Below are positions 36,804-49,374 of a stretch of 64,000 nt of DNA, piece after piece. A program made the position numbers and the translations under genes. Origin of the DNA: Chlorokybus atmophyticus (taxonomy: Eukaryota > Plantae > Mesostigma and Chlorokybus algae). Position 1 is the stretch's first letter. Every line of letters begins with the position of its first letter. The DNA lies in assembly GCA_009103225.1 (NCBI GenBank), contig RHPI01003642.1:517116-581115 (forward strand), given 5' to 3'. The notes below the pieces were generated by a model. It ran no database searches and had not been told where the DNA came from. It worked only from the letters and a program-made list of their open reading frames with translations.

Positions 36804-39089
36804 TCACACGTGGTCTACCGCTGCAAGCTTCTTCCGTCCGTTGTGGCGCTGGCCGCCTCCACTGTTGAGTTTCTTGGGGAACAAAAAGGACAACCCATAC
36901 GACACGAGGTTGAGCACCGCCATCGCACCAAAAGCGATGTATTGCCGGAAAGGGAAGGAAGGGCCGAGAGACACCGAAGCGGACCACACCATCCCGCCAG
37001 CCTATCGCACAATGTAAAGTCAGATGGGAAATATGGCTGCAGAGTCCCAGAACCATAATCATGCGCAGACAAGTTGTGTATGCACGCATGCGTGCGTGTA
37101 TACGTGTGGGTGCATGCAAGCGCACACACGCGCACACGTACATGCTCACACACGCGCGTGCGCACTCATATAGATGTGTGTGGTTGCGACGTCTGTAGGT
37201 GCGCATTTGCATGCACGTCTGTATGTGTCAAGATTGGGTTCTCACCGCTGGTCCAAACGCGCGTGTAAAGTTCGCGAGCGAGTGCGCGAGTCCGTTAACA
37301 GCCCCCAGATCCCTCGGTCGGCACGACGCGTTGATGAGGACCATCACTCCCGTGAATGCCGTGGCTCCCGCGGCGTCCTTCAGGAACGCCATCAGAGTCA
37401 TGACACCCCACAGCAGAGGCGGGGACGAGAGAACCCAGGACGCCGTGCATAAGGGGGTAAGGAAGAATATGGGGAGGGAAGCGAGCAGACCCATGCGATA
37501 CAACGTCAACTGAGGGAACCACCTGAGCAAGAGACAAAAATGCATCAGTGCTTTGTTACTGATGGCACAATCGCTTTGGTAGAGTGGTTTTTGGGGGCCA
37601 AGTCCACACCGTGTGGTGGCGGGGTAGCAGCACAGCGTGTACACGAACAGCAGTACGCCCATGATGGACACGGCGATGCCGATCTGCGTGGAGGCGAAGC
37701 CCAGCCCACCGTCGCTTACCGCCGTCGCCGCAAACATCGGAAACACCTCATCTGCACATGTGTGAATGTTAGCGTGTGCGAAGGTCTGTGATGTCGCTGT
37801 GACACTGACGCACAACTCACCGTGCAGTATGTAGAACAGCGCGATCATGGCGTACGACCCCGTGGAAATCAGCACCCCCGAGCTGCGCCACCATGGGCGA
37901 TCCGCATCCACATCACCCCCGCTCTCTATTGCCGGTCTCTTCTCCCCTGCCTTGACTGTACTTGACACGAGCTTCTCCGCTTGCAAGCCGTGCGCTTCAT
38001 CATCGGTATCGCCCAACATGCGCTTGCAGCTGTTGGGACCCAACAATGAACACGTGTCGTCGGTGTCATAGCCTCTGCCGGGTGATACCAACGACAAGGG
38101 CAACATGGGATAGGGCTTGATGTTGGCCTCTTCCTTCTCCTCCTCCTCTTCCTTATCAACATCATCATGTGGGCGAGCGTTGGCCAGCTGCACCATCTCC
38201 AGGTTGATCATCGGGTTGACTTGTGTTCCGGGGGACAGGATCTCCTCTATGGTATTGCCATCGACACACACATCCAACATAATCCTTTCCGGGTTGTTGT
38301 GGCTCTTTGTGGCGGGGTATTTGTCGTGGTCGGTGTCGTTGATTGAGCAGCAGTCTGAGGCAGCCACCTTGGAGTAGAGCTTCTGCCTGATGGAGGCACT
38401 GCCGCCGAAGAAGCCGCCCACGCCGGGGTGGAACTCGTCGAGGAAGAAGAACGCAACGAAGAGGTTGCTTGCAAGCATCACAGCCACGGCCGCCATGGGC
38501 GCAAAGTACGGATACTCCTTGAGCACTGCACAAACGTGTGTTGTTGGCACCGGACGCTGTGGACTTGAGAAAATGTGCGTGTGTGCGTGCACGTGCATTC
38601 ATGTGTGTCCATGTGCACATGCACGTGCTCGTGAATGTGTATACGTATGTACATGCGTGCTTGAGTGCATGTGCGTGCGTGTGCATGTGAATGCCATGCT
38701 TACGCGAGGGGCAATTCTCAATCTTATACTGCTCGCACGGTTTCGCCAGCATCCCTCCAATGAACGGTCCGAATGCCGTCCCTACTCCCCACGACAGGCT
38801 GATCATGGCGAACCCCCTCGCGACATTGGTGGAATCGCATATCTCCCCGACGATCGTCTTGAGCGTCAGCATGCAGCCGTTGAGGAGACCCCCCAGCAGA
38901 CGGGCGTAGATCGCGCCGGGGAAGTCGCGGGCGAGACCGAGGAGGAGGACGGAGAAGATGGAGGCGACCGTGGAGATGTGGATCACGGGCTGGAGGAAGA
39001 GAGTGTTGTTGGTGATGGTGATGGTGATGGTGGGGTTGGGGATGGGGATGGTGGTGGTGGTGGTGTTGATGGTGATGCATGTCATGCGT

Positions 39090-39123
<34 letters not shown>

Positions 39124-40094
39124 CACACCTTGCTGCCAAGGTAGTCGCAGAGCAGACCCCAGAAGTAGCCGGTGAGGAATTGCGCGAGCGGGAAGATTGA
39201 AGCCTAGCATGGTGGATCGAGTGTTGGGTTACTACTACTTGTACGAAGCACACAAGCGACGTCATGCAGCAATCAACATTCTCTGGGCTTACCAGTAGGC
39301 CGGCGTACTTGCCGACGGCCTGAGGGTTGCCCCTAGCGACGCCATAGTCTTCAACCATAAACACCATCTGAGAGGATAAAAACGCCGACAGTGTCGTTAG
39401 AGTGAAATCGGATGCTATGCCAACTATGCATGTATGCGTGCAAGCCATGCACAGTGCTAGCATGTGCATGCAAGCAGTCCTTGTGCACGAACTCGTGCAT
39501 GCATGCACGAGTTGGGTACAACAAAGTTGCTGTTGGCAGCACTGTAAACAGCACGAGTTCAAAGGTGCAACTTACAATGGGAAAAAGCGCAGCGAACTGT
39601 ACAGCCTGCGTGAATTGAATCCACCTGGTCAAGCAGAACAGGTTAGGTCCAAACAAAACCCAAAGGTGTTCTAGTAGCGGTGAAGACCGCCTTGCAACAC
39701 AAGGTCGAAGGATGCCCAGCAATGAGACTGCATTTTCTTTACTCACCCTATCACCCACATCTCCTTTCTGCACAACACCAACAGCATCAGCAAGCAGGAC
39801 TCATTTGACCTCCCCCTCCCCCCCTACCACCACCACCACCACCACACACACAACCCATGCCCACCTCGGCAGCGGCCTTGAGTAGAACACTTCAGCGCCG
39901 CTGTCTTGCTCAACACCGCTCCCGCTGGAGGACGCCGCATCGTCCTCGTTGTTGCTGTCACCCTCCCTCCCTTCCATCTTGTGCATCAGGTCCGTCTGCA
40001 CAGGGACTAGGCTGGGTGGGTGGGCGCTGTGTGTGCGTGCCTCCGCACCTGGGATGTTGTGGGTGAGTGCCCATAGGCCTAGTTGTGAGGCCAT
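36804..40094 (-). CDS. MFS transporter, ZIF/ZIFL (zinc-induced facilitator-like) family; start at 40094 or a downstream ATG
   Basis: Exons encode AALFPI-MVFMVEDYG...GKYAGLL, FWGLLCDYLGSK-PVI, ARLLGGLLNG, GPFIGGMLAKPCEQY, LKEYPYF, GGLGFASTQIG, GAVNGLAHSLANFTRAFGPA. Confidence 0.88.
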
Positions 40095-41335
40095 GCTGAA
40101 ACGAAAGAAAGAGTCGAGAGCACTGCTTGAATTTAAGTAGTAGACAGTAGTAGGCTGACAAGAAGGCACTGAGGAAAGTACAAAGGAGGCGTCGCAAACA
40201 CCCCCTGTGCTTTCCTGACTTCTTATGTGATGCGAAACCAAAGAATGATGATCCAGACATAGATCCGAGACCACCCCCCTTCTTGCCTACCCTCCTGTCC
40301 CTCCCTCTACCTGTTTTGCGCTGCCCTCAGATGCAAGCCCAGCAGGTTGGCACAGGAGACCAACAAGCACTCGAGCCGTGTGCACGGGGTTAACAACAGC
40401 TGCAACCACCTGAAAGCTTGCAAGAACAACAAACCCCACACGTCAACTCTCAACTCAATCTGCAAAGGGGCGATCACTGCAACACATTGCTGACAGTGCA
40501 CCGACAATTCCAAGCCCATTACTCCTCACCTTCTCACCCACAGCGACGGCTCTACCTCACGCACAAACACCTGCTCCCTTTTTCAACCCCCTTCTCCGAG
40601 GGCGCCCCTCCTTCCCCTTCTTATGACCTCCCTTCTCCGCACCCCCCTCTGCTCTGCCCCCCACACCTCCTCAACCTCTCCGCCGCCGCCCTGCACACGG
40701 AGCGCCCCGAGGCCTTAGGCTGTGTGATGGCTTGATGGCTCCGCCCCCCCCCCCCCCCCCCCNNNNNNNNNNNNNNNNNNNNNNNNNNNNNNNNNNNNNN
40801 NNNNNNNNNNNNNNNNNNNNNNNNNNNNNNNNNNNNNNNNNNNNNNNNNNNNNNNNNNNNNNNNNNNNNNNNNNNNNNNNNNNNNNNNNNNNNNNNNNNN
40901 NNNNNNNNNNNNNNNNNNNNNNNNNNNNNNNNNNNNNNNNNNNNNNNNNNNNNNNNNNNNNNNNNNNNNNNNNNNNNNNNNNNNNNNNNNNNNNNNNNNN
41001 NNNNNNNNNNNNNNCCCCCCCCCCCCCCAAGTTGGGATGGAAATGGCTGTCAACAACCCAACGCCAGCCCAGCTTTAGCACTGCTCTGCTCTGCGCCGCT
41101 CACGTGGCCTGTCTATAGAGAACGACGACGTTTCACTCGGACATCGACGTGACGCTTGCGATGTAGCGGTTGTTGACGTCGATATCACCGGCAGCCTAGA
41201 ATTGTCGGGCATTGTTGCGTCGCCGTTCGACGTTGACAGGGGAGACGCTGCGTTCCATTGGTCTGACATGACATTCGCTTCTGCTGTAGGTTGGGTTGTT
41301 AGGGATTCAAGCAGGGGCGGGAAAAGGGCCTGCCT

Positions 41336-41376
<41 letters not shown>

Positions 41377-41934
41377 GGTGGTGGAGGCTGTGAGAGCGGG
41401 GGTAGGTATGGGCATTTTTGTGTACACCTTGATAAAAGGGGGCGTTACCTTCACGTGAGAAAAAACTATGGAGAGGGGAGACTGGCCAGTTGTGTGTGCG
41501 CCCACTGGCTGGGTCGCGCTGTGTGGTTGATGGCTGCTGTAACCGTCTGGAATCTGTGTGCAGTTTGCTGATGCTGAGCGGCATTCAACAGCAGCTTGTA
41601 GCCGTTTGGCCATTTTCCTGTGCTGCGGTCGGGTTTGGTATTGAAACGGCTTTTCTTTTGTCAAGCATACAATTTGTGCAAAATGTTTTCGAAGAATAGA
41701 TGTTCAACAAATCGGCGTCACGCACAGTAGGCGGATCGGCGGCCTGTCTTAAGCACGTAATGGAATCCCTCACAATATTCATGTGCATGTCAAGAGCTGC
41801 ATTGCGCCATTGGTAATTACAATGTAGTGATTTGGCCGCTTACCGCCACAGCTATGGCAGCAAACAATGCGGGAGCAGTAGCGCATGCAACGTGACATAT
41901 TATGATGCAAATCGACACAGCTCTTATGCAGGCC

Positions 41935-44182
41935 ATGGAGATGGCCTCAGCTCAGAGTCTGCACTGCCGGCAAGCAGCACCCTCTCACCACCACCACAGC
42001 TGTCCCAGTAACCATCACACAACAACCAGAAGCACACACAGACATCGCTTGCCAGCTGACACAGCCAGACAGGCTTCCAGAATTACACCTGCAAAGCTCA
42101 TCACCCGGTGCAGTTCTTCCTCACACGAGTCCAACTTCGCCTTCATCGGCGGTGTATTTGGTAAAAAGAAGCCCGCTGAGTCCGAGGCTGAGCTCGCCCC
42201 TCCCCCTCCTCTCCCAACCACAGAGAAGTACACCGTCAAGCGTGGCGACTGGCTGTCGTACGTGGCCAAGGACCGCGGCATCTCATTCGAGGCGCTCGAG
42301 GCACTCAACCCAGGAGTCAACCTCGACTACGTGCTCCCGGGAGACGTCATCACCGTGCCGATACGACCGGGAGCCTTTGTTGCCGCCAGCCTGGACACCG
42401 CTACTAAGGCCGTCGTGACCGAGTACAAGAAGGAGGTCAAGCAGGCAGCAGAAGCCAGGGTAAGGGCTCTTCTTTTGCATCTTGCCTATGACTGACACAA
42501 CAACATGTTGACGTGTGGAATGCGTGTGTGCGGTTTCACAGGTTGCCAATCAGTCGACCTCAGACACGTATACAGTTCAATCTGGCGATTATCTCTCGGG
42601 CATTGCCGAGAGGCAGGGCATCACGACGAGGGAGCTTCTCGACCTGAACCCTCAGCTGAACTACTACTCTGATCTATACGTTGGCGAGCAGGTAAAAATT
42701 CCGTACATGGCTCCCGCGCCGGTGTGCCCGCCTCCCCCTCCCAGCGCGAGAGCCAACAACAAGGGTGGGCTGGACCTGCTCGGCTTCACCAAGACCGAGA
42801 CCTTCACCATCGTGACTACTCTCGGCCAAGTCATCCAGATCTTTGCCATCTTCTGGTGGGTTCAGAGACGCAAGACCGTCGTGCTCGAGCAGGATGAGGG
42901 TTACTACGTGCCCTTCTCCCTCATCAACCCCATACGCGCGACCCTCGCCGGCGACAGGCCCTTTGTGAGGACACGCGGGCCAACGCAAGAGCGACTCCTC
43001 GTCGAGTCCTACAAGGTCTTCAAGGCCATCTTCCCCATTCCGGGCGTGTTCAACGTGGTCGAGAGCATTGCTGGTACAGTCGTTGAAGCCGTCAGCCCCA
43101 CCGTCAAAGCGGTCGCGAGCAGCGTGTCCAGCGTGGTGAGACCGAAAGCTCCCGACAACGGCGTGGACACAACGTTGGAGACTCCACCACGCCCAATACC
43201 AAAATCAGCACCAGCGCCGGCCCTGGCTGCATCACAAGCAACCAAAGCAGCAGCGCCGCGCAATACGATGACATCTAAGCCACTTGTGGCCACGCCAACC
43301 CCACCTCAGGCTCACACTCAGCCTCAAATCCCAACAGCGGGCTCGAAGCCCACAGCGGAGGTGACGGCGGCGGCGATATCTGCGGGTATGGCAGATGTGA
43401 TGCCGATGAGTTACGGCTACTCCGCCAAGCGTAACGTGTCGGACGCGGTGATGGAGGCGTGTTCAGTGGCTGCGTTCAAGCTGGAGAGAGCGTCGCCCTC
43501 CCTCGCCCTCATCGCCGGGGACGCGCTCATGCAGGGAGACTCGTCCCGCCAGCTGTCTAATGACATGCTCGCGTCGGCACGCTCGGCCCTGCCAGACAGC
43601 TGCGAGGTGTGTGGCGTGAGCACGAGCAGCAGCGGGGACACAACTCCTACCGGCAGTAGCAATGGCACGGCGGGCGTGTCGGTCCTGCTGTTCGGCACCG
43701 CGGACAGTCTCTTCTTTGCGAGCGAGGCTGCGGAGCAGTACGGCGTGAACTCTATCGTGTTGGAGGCAGCCCGAGCGGCGGGCCGCGCCATGCGTGAGCA
43801 GGCGAAAGGGAGGGCTCTCAAAGCAATTGTGTTCTCTGCCCCGCTCGGGAGCGACGCCGCCGCCATTGAGGGACTCAAGAGGGACTTCCCGGACCTCCCC
43901 GTTTACGGCGTGACCGCCATCAGCATGGATGATGAGGACCATGGCATCATTGGCAACAACAACAGCAGCAGCAGCAGCAGCGGCCAGCAGCAGCAAGCCA
44001 GCTGGAGCGTGGTTTCGAACAATGCTGTGCACACGTTGCCCGGAATCAGCGTGTTCGGCGTGGCTGCGGATTCGCGCTTCAGCGCAGCCACCTTTGCAAC
44101 TGTTGTAGCGCAGTTCTTGTTTGGGAGGAGCTCGTATGTGAGAGCAGCACCGCCGACCGCACCCGCCTTGACTACGGCGTGA
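41935..44182 (+). CDS. Predicted plastid membrane protein: transit peptide, 2 LysM domains, TM helix, Pro/Ala/Thr linker, FIST_N-like domain (~721 aa; alternative start 41902)
   Basis: Exons 41935-42459 and 42542-44182; LysM1 YTVKRGDWLSYVA...LNPGVNLDYVLPGDVITVP; LysM2 YTVQSGDYLSGIA...LNPQLNYYSDLYVGEQVKIP; TM TFTIVTTLGQVIQIFAIFWWV followed by QRRK; the FIST-like call for the C-terminus is less certain. Confidence 0.8.
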
Positions 44183-45173
44183 AACAACAGCATAGAATTT
44201 TGGGAAAAATATTCTATGCTGCCGAGTTGATATATTGTAACTGTTGTACATTTTTACAGTTTACAGAGTGAGTCCTATATACAAAGCGAATCTGTCTTTC
44301 ATCGGTCTCAGAGCAAAGTGATACTTTTGCGCGCGTGCTGATTGCTGAGTTGATAGACAACTGCTCAATTGGTTGACAAGTACCCAGGGAAACCTCTTTT
44401 CAATGGCTCTGTTGCATCGCATTGCAACTGCCTTACAACAAGGTGTGCGTTATTGTATACAAGTTCAGGTGTCGGATAAAGGACATGTGCAACTTTGCGG
44501 CAATGCATGTCGGTCGAAGGACCAGGAGGCATTCATCGTTGGCATTGGTCAGTGTTAGATACTCCGCAACAGAGTGCTGGGTGTTGAACGGCAGCATGAA
44601 AGGGGGCTCCGATAAACGCGCAAGCTAAAGGGAGAATCCCAGATGTTCTCCTTTACCCAACCTGCCCTGAAGCGGCCCATTCATGCACCCGGTTGTGACG
44701 ACAGGCTGCACTGCATTTCAACATTCATGCAGTAACTTGGTGGGAAACGGGTGTTTCTGTGTAAAAATTATGTGAAGTGCTGTGTGGCACACGCACAGAC
44801 ATGCAACATGCACACTAACATCAACATGCACACTGCATCTTTAGTATACAAGTTTGCATACAAACTCTACCAGGGTAAACACTATCACACTACGACGCTA
44901 CTATTACTGCCCATCCCCAATAGACACATGCATGCAAGTTGACATGGTATTATCTGCCCACAGGGCCGTGTGCATGCCACGGTGCCTGTGTGTGCAAGTG
45001 CCTGCGTGTATATGTGTGTGCATACCTATGCAAGTGTGAGTGCGTAATTGCAAGCGCCTGTGCCCGTGTATGCATGGTTGTTACATAATGCATAGCACAG
45101 TTTGCAAGCATGCTCTGCGCATGGTGTGTCACAATCACCATATCTTTGCTATGGGCTGGGCAAGTTCTTGATT

Positions 45174-45332
45174 ACACCTTACGCGTGCATGAGTAGCAAG
45201 AATAAGCTGCTCGCACAATACCGTCAAGAGTACAACTAGGCTAGCATAATCACACCTTATGCGTGCATCAGTAGCAAGAATAATCTGCTCGCACAATAAC
45301 GTCAAGAGTACAACTAGGCTAGCATAATCACA
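45174..45332. repeat. 78-bp tandem duplication (2 copies)
   Basis: acacctta.gcgtgcat.agtagcaagaataa.ctgctcgcacaata.cgtcaagagtacaactaggctagcataatc at 45174 and 45252. Confidence 0.9.
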
Positions 45333-45493
45333 AGAGCACAGGCTTGTTCGACATAATCCTGCCTGCTGGACTACCTGGTACATCAATACACTGTTGCTGT
45401 GTGCGGACAATAATCATCCACAATGAACGAAATAACGTTTCATGTGGCGACTGACCATGTGGAAAAGTCTGAGCCCTTCTTGGCTCAGCTAAA

Positions 45494-46152
45494 CTACCAC
45501 ATGTGGCCATCATCCACGAGCCATTTGATGCCGCCAAAGTTCTCAATGCTGCCACCATGGACATGCTCGCGGCCAACATCGCAGACCTGCGAGCCCGTGG
45601 GAAGCTCCATGGCCTCCCACGCCGTGAAGCATGTTGCAACCTTTTCGCTCGCCACGGCCTCAACGCACCACCGGCAACCCTTCACCTAAGCACACAGATA
45701 CATTACAAACAGGGTGTACAACTAGTGAAAGCCAACTCACTGCTGAAAGACTAGATCGCTACCACGCTACAGGTCTGTTTCAGCGAGGCGTGTCAATGTG
45801 TGAATGAAAGTTAAGATTGCATGGACATTAGTACAAACATACACATGCCTAACACACAGCAACTACAAGTTGCCATGGTTGTCAACATGAGTGTAGATCA
45901 GATTGTTGCAGCCACATTAACGGGCTAACAAGGCGTGCATGCCAACACCCTGACAGTCCACAAGGTGTGCACCTGCACGCAGGATTCGGAGGTGTCAAAC
46001 TGGTGGCAGAGCTTCTCATGGGCGTGCTTGGCGAAACCATTGGCGTAGTGGTAGGGGTTGGGAATATCCGCCTGAGCCGGCGCCGGGGCGCAAGCGAGCA
46101 GGACGATGGCCAGCGACAGCACAAGCACACGGGCCGCCGAGCGATTAGCCAT
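45494..46152 (-). CDS. Small secreted cysteine-rich protein (123 aa, PSI-like C..C...GCRWC...C...C pattern)
   Basis: Exons 46152-45973 and 45685-45494, GT-AG, phase 0; signal peptide MANRSAARVLVLSLAIVLLACAPAPAQA. Confidence 0.7.
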
Positions 46153-47868
46153 CCTTCAGAGCTGTTGTTTGACTTCTGTAGTTGTCAATGTCCAGGTAGT
46201 GTAATCCTGCAAGAGGAATGACAGTGGTGACGATGAGACTGCAGCAGACTGGTGCAGTATGGGGATTGACCGGGACCTGACCGCCTAACTCCACCCAAAG
46301 CCAACGCACGGCCATGCATGCAGGTGACAGCGTGTGAATGTTTGTGCGCGTGAGTTCACAAAGCCGGCTGCCTGTCCAGCTGTCAGCTCATGCCCACGCA
46401 TAACACGGACGGCACAGGCCGGCCAGCATGCTGAGTCGGTTCAACAGGAGAAGCTGCAACTGAGCGCAAAGCACGAGCAACAACCAGCCCATCAACCCTA
46501 CGGCATGTCAAGCCAAGTCTTGAGCTCTAGCCAAGGCAGACGACAACAATGACGGTACGACCGAGCCAGACATGACCTGACCAGACCACGGCAACACGGC
46601 AAGCATCCCGCTAGGCATACCAAAAACGTCTTGACAGCTGCCTCCCAAGCCACGCGCACCCCTCCCTGCCCAACAACCCAGCGACTAGCAACACCGCCGC
46701 CGCCGCCGCCTCCACCGTCACGCAGCCAGCTCAGCTCAGGTTAGCCCCACCACACCAATGGACCGAGCTAAGCTAGCTCCACCATCATCATTGCATGGGA
46801 GGTGTGAAGTGTACCTTTCGTTTGACACGCGCACACGCGTGCGCACGTTGCGATCCGGATCGGAAGCAGGCCAAGCAAGGGGGGGAGGTGATCCGGACTG
46901 ACTGAGGTGCTTGCATCGACGACGTCGGTGCAACAATGGGTCGACGTCGGTTGTCGGTGACTGCCGTTGTTCGCTGGGTGCTGGCCTGTGTATTGGTCAG
47001 GCGGCGGCGGCGGAGAGAGCTTGAGAGAGGGTGAGCGAGAGTGTGGAAGACTGTGACAGTATGAGAATCTGAGAGGGAGCATTGCTTGCTTGCTTGGTGA
47101 TGGAGATGGGCAGCAGCGCAGCAGGTGTGAGTCACGTATTCTGCAGGATGTTGCACGCAGCCGTGTAGGTGGGTGAGCAGCAAAGTTGTGTACGGATTGT
47201 TGTTGTGTGAGGTTCTTTGCTATGTCTGCCTGCCTACTTCACTGGCCAATGTCGTTGAGTAAGAATGTTACATGTTGTTTAGTTCCCAGTCCTTGATAAG
47301 TGAAACACTACTGCCAGGCAGATGCTTCATTGTTACTGCATTGTCGATGGGGTTGTAGCTCACAAACTCAACAGTGATTGCCAGCTCTTTTTTATCAAGC
47401 TTGTTAGCGATAGCTCAATGACAGAGGTCAGGTCTAAGCCACTGGACGCCGCTTTGGCTTAAACTCTGTGTCTGTAACAACCCACTGCGTGCGTGGCCCA
47501 TCCCACCCATGGTGCCATGCTTTTGCATGTCATGCGCAAACACGTTGCAGCTGTAATTGAGTGGCGACGAGTGTTGGTTGGACGGTCATGCAAGTACTCA
47601 ACGAGCGCGTGTTCGGTCACGAGCGTGTCATGTGGTATCTTGCGGACGATTGTGCTGTGTATGCATATGTCGTTATTCTATTCAGGCGCTGCGCACAAGG
47701 CCATGCACACAAGCGATCTATTCTATGAATCGCAGGAGTAGCTTACAACTTACACCTGCTGCCACCACAACCACAGGTGTCTATGCAAAGGGTTGTATGC
47801 GCGGTCAATGACTCACATGCTGGTCGCCAACTCCCACATCATGACACCATGTGTCAACCAGGTTGGCA

Positions 47869-49374
47869 ATGCGGTCAAAGCTCACTCTCAATGGCGGCGA
47901 CAGCGGCGAGCCGCTCCTCCCGCGCAGCCGAGGAGAGGAGACTCCACGCAGGCGCAGACCCAGCGGCGTCCTTGTTGCCTGCGCATACATGCTCTGCGCA
48001 GGTAGCAACGTGTCAATGATGCTTGCTTGCTTGCTTGTTGCTGGAGAGTGACCCATTCATGTGCAATCGCAGTGCTGCTTGTTATGTTCAACAAGGCAGC
48101 GCTGTCCAGCTACAACTTTTCCAATGTGAACGTCATCACCCTCATGCAGGTGAGTCCAGTCAGTTTGACATGTTGACACAAACTTGCATAGGTGCATACT
48201 CATATGCTGCATTGCATCACAGCTGCTGTGTGCAACGTGTTTGCTCACGGTGTTGGTGAACCTGCGCGCCATTACACTGCGCAACGACCATGCTGTTGGA
48301 GGGGTCGGCCCCCGCTTTGTGCCGTTAAAAACAATGAAGCTGGCTGCTCCCGTCGGCCTGGCCTACCTCATCTACATGGTACCCACGCACACACACATGC
48401 AGTACCACTTTCCGTCATTCATTCGGCACCAAATGGCATATGTGTACGTGCGCTTCCAGATCGTCGGTATGGCGGCGTTGCGAGGCGTGAACATCCCGAT
48501 ATACGCGACGCTGCGCCGTACAACTGTGGCCTTTACAATGACGGCAGAGTACATCCTCGCGCGCAAGAAGCACTCGTGGCCAGTCATCGGCAGGTACACG
48601 AGCATGCGTGTTATAGCTTCACATGCACGCATGTGTCCAAGTGTTGAGCTGAGTGATGATGATGGTCCCCGTGTCATATCGCAGTGTGGCTGTGATGGTC
48701 GCAGGGGCGCTGCTGGCGGGCTTGCGCGACCTGTCCTTTGACGCGTACAGCTACGGCGTCGTGATACTGTCCAACGCAACCACGGCAGTCTACGTGACCG
48801 TCATCGCCAGAACAGGCACGGCATGAGGACAATGTGGAACTTGGTTTCTTTTGCAAGACAACAGAGGCAAGATGAGTTGTATGGTGAAACAACGACGATG
48901 GTGTCATGCAGGGAAGGCGACGGGGCTCAACAGTTTTGGACTCATGTGGGTAAATTGTGTAATTGCGACTCCCCTCCTCTTCACGTGGTGCATGTTTAGC
49001 GGCGAATTGAGCAGCGCGCTGTCATTCCAATACATACGCGACACTGGCTTTCAGGTAATCCTATTGGTGAGATCAGTAATACACTGCATCAATGTGTTTC
49101 ATCCTGAACGATATGTTGTCTACAACTGGTCTGTGTGCAGCTTGTGATTTTCTGCTCGTGCGTGCTGGCCTTTGCCCTCAACTACACGGTGTTCCTCAAC
49201 ACGGCGATCAACTCGGCGCTCACTCAGAGCGTGAGCGGGAACCTCAAGGACGTCGGCACCGTCCTGTTCGGGTGGTTCGCCTTTGGGGGACTGCCCTTCG
49301 ACCCCGTCGTGATGGCGGGGATACTGCTCAGCTTCGCAGGATCCGTCTGGTATGCCGTCATCCAGTTGAGGTAG
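47869..49374 (+). CDS. Nucleotide-sugar transporter, UGNT1-like (putative Golgi UDP-GlcNAc transporter), 7 exons
   Basis: AYMLCAVLLVMFNKAALSSYNF, RGVNIPIYATLRRTTVAFTM, RDLSFD, IARTGKATGLNSFGLMW, CSCVLAFALNY, NSALTQSVSGNLKD, FGGLPFD closely follow Arabidopsis UGNT1 as recalled. Confidence 0.88.

Noticed and set aside
40300-41700. Gene between the MFS and LysM genes
   Set aside because: Low-complexity, GCG-repeat and gap-containing ORFs with no recognisable domain or consistent exon chain.
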